A stretch of DNA of 64,000 nucleotides from Euglena gracilis. Taxonomy: Eukaryota. This document shows, piece by piece, positions 57,699 to 64,000 of the stretch. A model generated the notes under the pieces. The model worked only from the letters and a program-made list of their open reading frames with translations, made no database searches and was not told where the DNA came from. How positions within the stretch are numbered: the first letter of the stretch is position 1; each line of letters starts with the position of its first letter. The translations under genes were made by a program, and so were the position numbers. The stretch spans positions 12,580,716-12,644,715 of the forward strand of contig CP154954.1 in the NCBI GenBank assembly GCA_039621445.1. Reading direction: 5' to 3'.

Positions 57699-60600
57699 AT
57701 GGTCTCCTCCCTCATGCTCCCCTGCGGCGCCAACGTGCGGGTGGAGTGGACGGGTTCAAAGGCGGCCCAGGCGGCGTGCAGGCAATTTCCGCTTGGTTTT
57801 GTGCCCTGCTCATTTGGGTGGTGGTGTTTCCCTGAATTGCGACAATCCAGATCGAATATACATCCAAATCAGACATAACCAGCTGGACACGCATTCTAAC
57901 ACATGGATAAGTCTTCCTCCCCATATGTGCACAATCGTTGTGTGATTCGCATGCAGACCCTCCCTTCACCTGCCTTTCATCTTTAAACCTTTCATCAAGG
58001 TTTACGGCCTTTTTTTTTATGGTAGAATGACAGTTGTCTGCTGTTGCTCAAGATTCTGCAGTCTCATCAACGACAGTTGGCTGTCCGAGTTGTCTGGGTG
58101 ATTGTTGATTGCAGTCGTGACATCTGCCTTTCTTACATTGTTCCGCTTCTTTGTGGTCATGAACACTTTCTGTCCTGAGATGGTGGGAAACAATGTTGAA
58201 ATTATTTCAACCTGAGCACCTGCCTATTTTCCCCCTCTGTGGAGAGACGTAGAAAAGTTGCTGCTTGTTTCCATGAGCCTTGGCGCATGCTTACCTCTCG
58301 TCTGTGTCGAAGGTTGTCAACCACGTGAGGTTGTGAGCAATTTGGGCAGTTTCAGCCACTTGTGGAAAGTCTTCAACAGGTCAGATTTTGCACCCTTCAA
58401 TCAAAGATTTCATCGTGATTTCCAGCTCCTAAACACGCAGAGGAATATGTTTTTGAATGTTATATATGTGGGAGGTCAAGCATATGCAAACAAAAACGTG
58501 TTGAATTGGACAGGAATCAGGTTCACATGAAATCTTTGTTCAAGGAGCCACAATGGCCCTCTGTGGACAACGTGTCAAAGTTTCCTCTGCGTTCTCCAGC
58601 CAGGTCGGTCTGCTCGAGTGAGCCAGCTGGGATGTTTTGACTGGGCCTTCCCAAGAGCAACATGATCAAAGGTCAATGCTTGACCCGAATGCATTTAAAA
58701 ATCAGGTTTTTTTATTTTTTTTGTTTTTATTTTTTTGTTTTTTTTTGTTTTGTTTTTGTTTATTTTATTGTTTGTATTTTTTTATTGCAAATCCCCACTT
58801 AGGAATTAACTCAGTTGGGGCACCAGCAGGAAACCCATCGCTTCAGGGACTCTGTAGTAAAGCTCTTAACCATTCAACCCAAAGCAGTCGACCTGCTGGC
58901 GAGGTTCGATATGAGGGAGGTGGGGGGTCGGACCCCACCTCCGGTCCAGGAGGGAAGGGGGACCCCCCCGCTCCTGCCCCCTGAACGCCTTGGGCCTTGG
59001 GCCCACCCCCAACAAATTGACAGGGGTCTTTGGCAGAAGGGGGAAGAGTATCAGCTATCGTCACCAGGAGGGGTGCCACAGAGGGACAAGTCATGTTTAA
59101 GTCTGCAACATCGACATCACATTTCATTATTGCACTGCAAGATTTCGTGGTAGCGGTGGTCCCGAACACCCCCTGCACACCCCGGGGTGTAAAGTGGTAG
59201 GGGGTCTGGACCAGAGGGTCCGATGGGGTTGCACACATTTTTATGATTTGGTGTTTTCCACACAAAAAATATTCAAATAATTCAAAAAAAAGAGCATTTT
59301 TGGATTGGGTTTTTTCCAAAGAAACATCAGGATTCTGGTGCAAGTTTGACCTGTTTTACGGCCCTTGGCGAGTTTACACAACCGAAATTTTTGCCGACCC
59401 CTTTCAGTATCGACTTTTCAGCGGGGGTCCGCCCCACCTCTGTGTTTGGAGGGCCAAACCCCAACCTCAAATGCTTCCCTTTCATCCAGGGCTGTATGGC
59501 AATCCCCGCAACCCTATCGGTGGTGGTTGGGGAGGGCTCGACGAACCCTCCACCTCCATACTGGTGGCAGGCGGGGGGCGACCCCTCCCCCTCGTATTTC
59601 CGGGGGTGCCGATTTTTGGCAAATTTTTTTTCAGTGCCTTTGGAATTTTCTTTGAGTGGGTGCCATGGTGGATACACAAAAAAATGGTTGGCTGGACACA
59701 TACCAAATCCCCTGACGCGGGCCAAAAATCCTGCAGTGGTGGGTTTTGTGGTTTTTATTTGTCAAATTCCCCCCAACACTCCACTCCGGTTGTCGACAAA
59801 GGAGCCCATTCGTCCAGTTGACCTACAACTTAATCCGTCACTTGAAAAAAATGATTAGAAATTAAATATGGATTAGAACTTAGAAATGAATTAGAAATTA
59901 GAAATAAATTAGACATCAGAAATAAATTAGACAATAGAAATAAATTAGACATTTGAAAGAAATTAGAAATTAGAAAATAAATTATAAATAATTAGAAATA
60001 AACAAGAAAACAGAAAAAAAATAGATTATTTGCCCGCAACTCAGCAGCCCCCCCCCCCCCCGAGGCAATGGGACAAGCCCTGGCCTGTCCCGCAGCCCCC
60101 TCCCCCTCCAGCCCCGCCAGCTCGGACGCCAGCGTGGGTTCCGACGCCCCCTTCGTCCGCTGCGCCGCGCCCCCCACACCCCCGCCTTGCTCAGGGCTTC
60201 CCCCGACCGGTGCCTGGAGGCGTTTTGGGTTGCCCCCGCTCCCAGCCGGTTCAACAAACGGTGCCAAGCAGGGCAGGGGTGGGGTTGGCCAGTGGTTCCC
60301 AATGGTTGTCTTCCGCCGAATCGTAAACCAGACGGATGTGTGTGCAGTTTTCCCGGAGGACGGCGTGGAACAGGCGAGCTCTAAAGAGCGAGCTCAAAAG
60401 AGGCCCAACGGGGTTCCTTAAAGTAACCGGTTTGCATTGCCCATTTTGTGCAATGTGAATGGAATTTGAAAACAGATGCATTTTGTAAAAAGAAGACAAA
60501 CAATCATAACAAACTATCGACGCTGGGTTGTTTTTTTTATACATATTTTTTTTTAATTATTCCCTAAGGTTTTACAACAGTTATTTCAGTCTATCTTTTT

Positions 60601-61789
60601 TTTTTTCAGCGGGCTGCTCCATCCCTAAGAGAATCCCTGGCGTGCTGCCGCACCAGTGCTGTCCTCCGCCTCCGTATGAGCACCACATGACTGCTCAGAG
60701 TAGGTTTCTCATGTCTTGAGACCACCCCTCTCAAGAGGTCTGTGACTCAAACAAGTCAAAGATGCGATAATATGGTCCCTATGCCGCAACTTGTTTCCCT
60801 GGACTCCTCGTTGCCCATCATGTTTCTGCAAAATTTGATGTATTGGATTCCCCTCCCCCTTTTTTGAGTGGATCCCCCACCCCGTTCGTACCCCCCTCCC
60901 CGGGCCGACCCAACAAACTTTGATTTACCCCCCCCAGGAAGAAAAATGAACGACGCCAGGGACGTTTTTTTTTTTGCCCATAGAACACTGAGAAGCTGAT
61001 TTTTTGGCACTTCATGGCACAATCAAACTTTTTTTTATTACAAAAGTGGACCTTTGGGGTTTTTGGGGGGTCGGTATTTTTATTTTGACAGTTCTTTTAT
61101 AGCTCAACTATTCTTTGAGCTGTAACCCCCCCCCACTCACAACCCCCCAAATGTGCCCGTTTTGTCGTCCGGGATTTCACAGTAAAGTAAAATTTCACAA
61201 GCTTTTTAACTTGGCACGCAGCGCCGGAGAAGAAATGTTTTCCGGTTAGAGAGACCCCACGGACCCACCCCCCCGGGAGGGTACAGCTGGTGGCTTTTTT
61301 TCCAGCTACTAGCAAAACGGCTAGCCGAGTGGTCGAAAGAAAACCTGAGGTATCCTCCCCCCTCGTGCAGAACCCACAACCCCCTCCGGGGTACGACCAT
61401 CCTGAAAAAAGAAGCCTGGCTCCAATTGAATTCTGGCGATGATTTTTAACCCCCCTTCTCCTTCCCGCCATCGTTTTCAATGTGACGTCGGAGGCGACCA
61501 CAAACAGTGACCATTTTCAAGTAAAATTTTTCTGCTTGGCTCCCAGTGGGGCCCGCCATCACGGTGATGGGTTGGGCCCCCACAGCTGATGCCACCCCGC
61601 CCCCTCCTCAAGGGTTGTCAAGGCGCCGGAGGCTTCGGCGCAGTCATGTGCGCCCGATGGACGTCGACGCTGGAGAGTACGCCTTGCCCCGGACCAGCAA
61701 CCCGGCCGAGCCCTTCTTTGAGCCCGCCCGACTTCCGGCCGAGCCTGCCACCGAGGGCGGTCCTTGGGGCCGCCCCAGCAAACCGCAAG
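57699..61789 (+). CDS. Possible uncharacterised proline-rich multi-exon gene (fragmentary)
   Basis: Pyrimidine tract + AG at 57680 followed by ATG 57699 (MVSSLMLPCGANVRVEW...). Further GC-rich exon-like blocks after AG acceptors at ~60096 and ~61546-61789. No domain recognised. Confidence 0.3.
59854..60000. repeat. AT-rich (ATTAGAA)n-type tandem repeat
   Basis: Directly visible. Confidence 0.85.
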
Positions 61790-61862
61790 GCAATGGGCCA
61801 TGCTTCCAATTCCAACGTGCGCACACACACTTTTCTGTATATACACCACATATGAACCACAA

Positions 61863-61900
<38 letters not shown>

Positions 61901-64000
61901 GTGTATATATATATATATATGTATATATATGTTATACACACATGCCATTATCTTTTCGAGATATTATATTCTTTTGCAGCCGAAGGCAGCAAGCAGTGGC
62001 CATAATTCGGCAAAGTTAAACCCTCCCCCAAGTAACACCTCCCCCGCAGTATTATTTTTTTCGCACGCAGTACCACCCAAAGGGGGGTATTATCTAAAAA
62101 AAATATACATGATGGTATTCGAGCGCAAGTTTTCTACTGCAGTGAAGCGACGCCTGCCGCCAATCCACCTATGCCTGCCCCCTCTGCCTTCGTTTCCCAT
62201 GCTGCGCAATTTCCAGCCGCGAACAGTCGTTTTGTTCATGACCCCTATTCTTTCGATTGTCCTTGGGTTGACGCATGTGTTCTACCTTTGGTCAAACTTT
62301 TGCCAAATTCCTGTCACTGAAATGTTTGTATGCCCCTTTCATCAAACCATCATTTAAAAAATGTAGCATTTTAAAACGAAGTCTGTTGTACTGTCGATTT
62401 TTTTGATAGATGCTGCACTTCTAGATTCTTGGTCCAATCGCTAGCCTTAATAATGATGAATTTTGAGAAGTCAGAAAGTTTCTATAAACTTCGTTTTAAT
62501 TTTCCTTTTCAGATTTGTTCTCTTTGCATTATCAGGACATATCCCGGTCGAGCCTCATTTCTGCACGACAGTTGTGTCCTTGTGACACCTGGTGTGATTT
62601 TTATAGGGACATCTGTTTGCCATATCCCCCCCTTCGAATCAAATACTCTACACCCTGGGACCAAGCCTACGGACCCCACTCTGTATTCTAACTTTTTGTG
62701 CCTTCAGCATTCACTGCCTGGGGTGTACACAGTTTTATCGTGAGGTGTTCTTTGTCCTTGTTTTTGGACACATCGTGATGGACAAGAGGGGTTGTTCTTT
62801 TCTTTCGATTTTACGAATCCGCAAAGGATAAAGGCTTGGGTCCCAAATAATTTGGAATGTTCATCTTTGGTCGCTTTTGGAGCCCCCGTGGGCCTGGTAC
62901 CCCTGCTCCCCGAAGCCTACCTATATGGAAAAGACTGGGCGTAGTTGGGTGTGACTGGGCGTGAATGGACGTGACTGGCATGACTCGCTCTGTTTTGACA
63001 CCCTTGGAACTTTTTGGCCATTTTCCAGGAACCTCCTCTAACCTCCTCAGCATGGTTCCATTTTTATAGTATACTACAAAAATCATGTAGTGTACTAATT
63101 ATTGTAGTGTGATAGTCATGTAGTGTAATGTAGTGTACTTTTTGTAGTGCACTACATTTTTGTAGTTAAATTTTGTATTGTTTTTCCATTTTTCTTTACA
63201 ACAACATGAAAATTTTCTATCGGCTCCATGTGTTTTGATGGAATGAATTAAAGTCATTTTAGTCTGGGCGTCTGAAAATCGGCTTTTGGGGTCCCTCATA
63301 TTTGTAATTGCTTATAGCGTAGGGTTTCATTTTTTTGGGGAGTTTAAGCCCGTAAAAGGAGAAAAATGGTCGTTAAGCTGCACTCCGTGTCCCATGACTC
63401 TGCTGTGGGGTGGTGATTTCAGCCCCCTTGTAACTGCAATCTCATCAAAAATTCAGCATTGCAATTCTTCCATCCGTTGTATGCACCGCTTTCCCCCTGT
63501 GGAACACCGGGCTGCGATCATGCCATCGCTTGGACAGTTCCAACAACCTTTTGTCTGGATATTTTGCGGCTTAGACAACGGCCTCAGTTTCAGATTGTCA
63601 GAATACGTGAGTATTCACCTCAAAACCGAGTTTTCTGACGGGAGAAGGGTTCTAGCAGCCATTTAACCCCCCCCCCCAAACAAGGACCTGCTGCTATTTT
63701 TGAGTCCCTGACTGGAAACCTCCAGGGGGCTCTTATTTTTGATTATTTTATTTTTGGTTTCTTTCTTTAACTAACCCTGGAACACAAAAAAAAACTCATT
63801 GTTTATCAAATTCTCAAAAACAGTGAAAAATTTCTTTCGGAGCCATATGTAAACACGCATTTACCATGTTTTTTTAGCATTTCAAAATTCCGAATTTGTT
63901 TGGAATTTCATCATTTTTGTCTAAAATCGGTTGTTTTGGTAGGAAGTGTTTTACCGTCCCCGGCACATTTCGCGGTCAGGGGTGTCTTATTTTTGGAATT

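Noticed and set aside
59854-60000. Interstitial telomere
   Set aside because: The unit is TTAGAAA-like, not TTAGGG; it is a simple AT-rich repeat.

Overview
Intron-rich eukaryotic nuclear DNA, most consistent with a euglenid (Euglena-like). This is inferred from conventional GT-AG introns interleaved with stem-closed nonconventional introns of the euglenid type (N3-CAG...CTG-N5). I reconstructed four + strand genes by hand: a partial F-box-containing protein (exons 4122-9793), a PUF60-like splicing factor with an N-terminal RS-rich extension (19346-32714), Rab21 (33169-38583) and an HSD17B10-type short-chain dehydrogenase (43574-54213). Two further genes are weakly supported. Introns and intergenic DNA are packed with short TIR elements (CAG/CAA/CAT ... 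CTG/TTG/ATG ends, 8-bp or 7-bp target-site duplications), some nested three deep, plus microsatellites. Main finding: several nonconventional introns are whole copies of these MITE families. The splice geometry (3 nt before the left TIR + 5 nt after the right TIR = 8 nt) equals the TSD length, so splicing would remove the element plus exactly one TSD copy and restore the codons. This would be an introner-like, hAT-type intron-generating system. All splice junctions are inferred from reading frame and protein motifs, not from transcripts.
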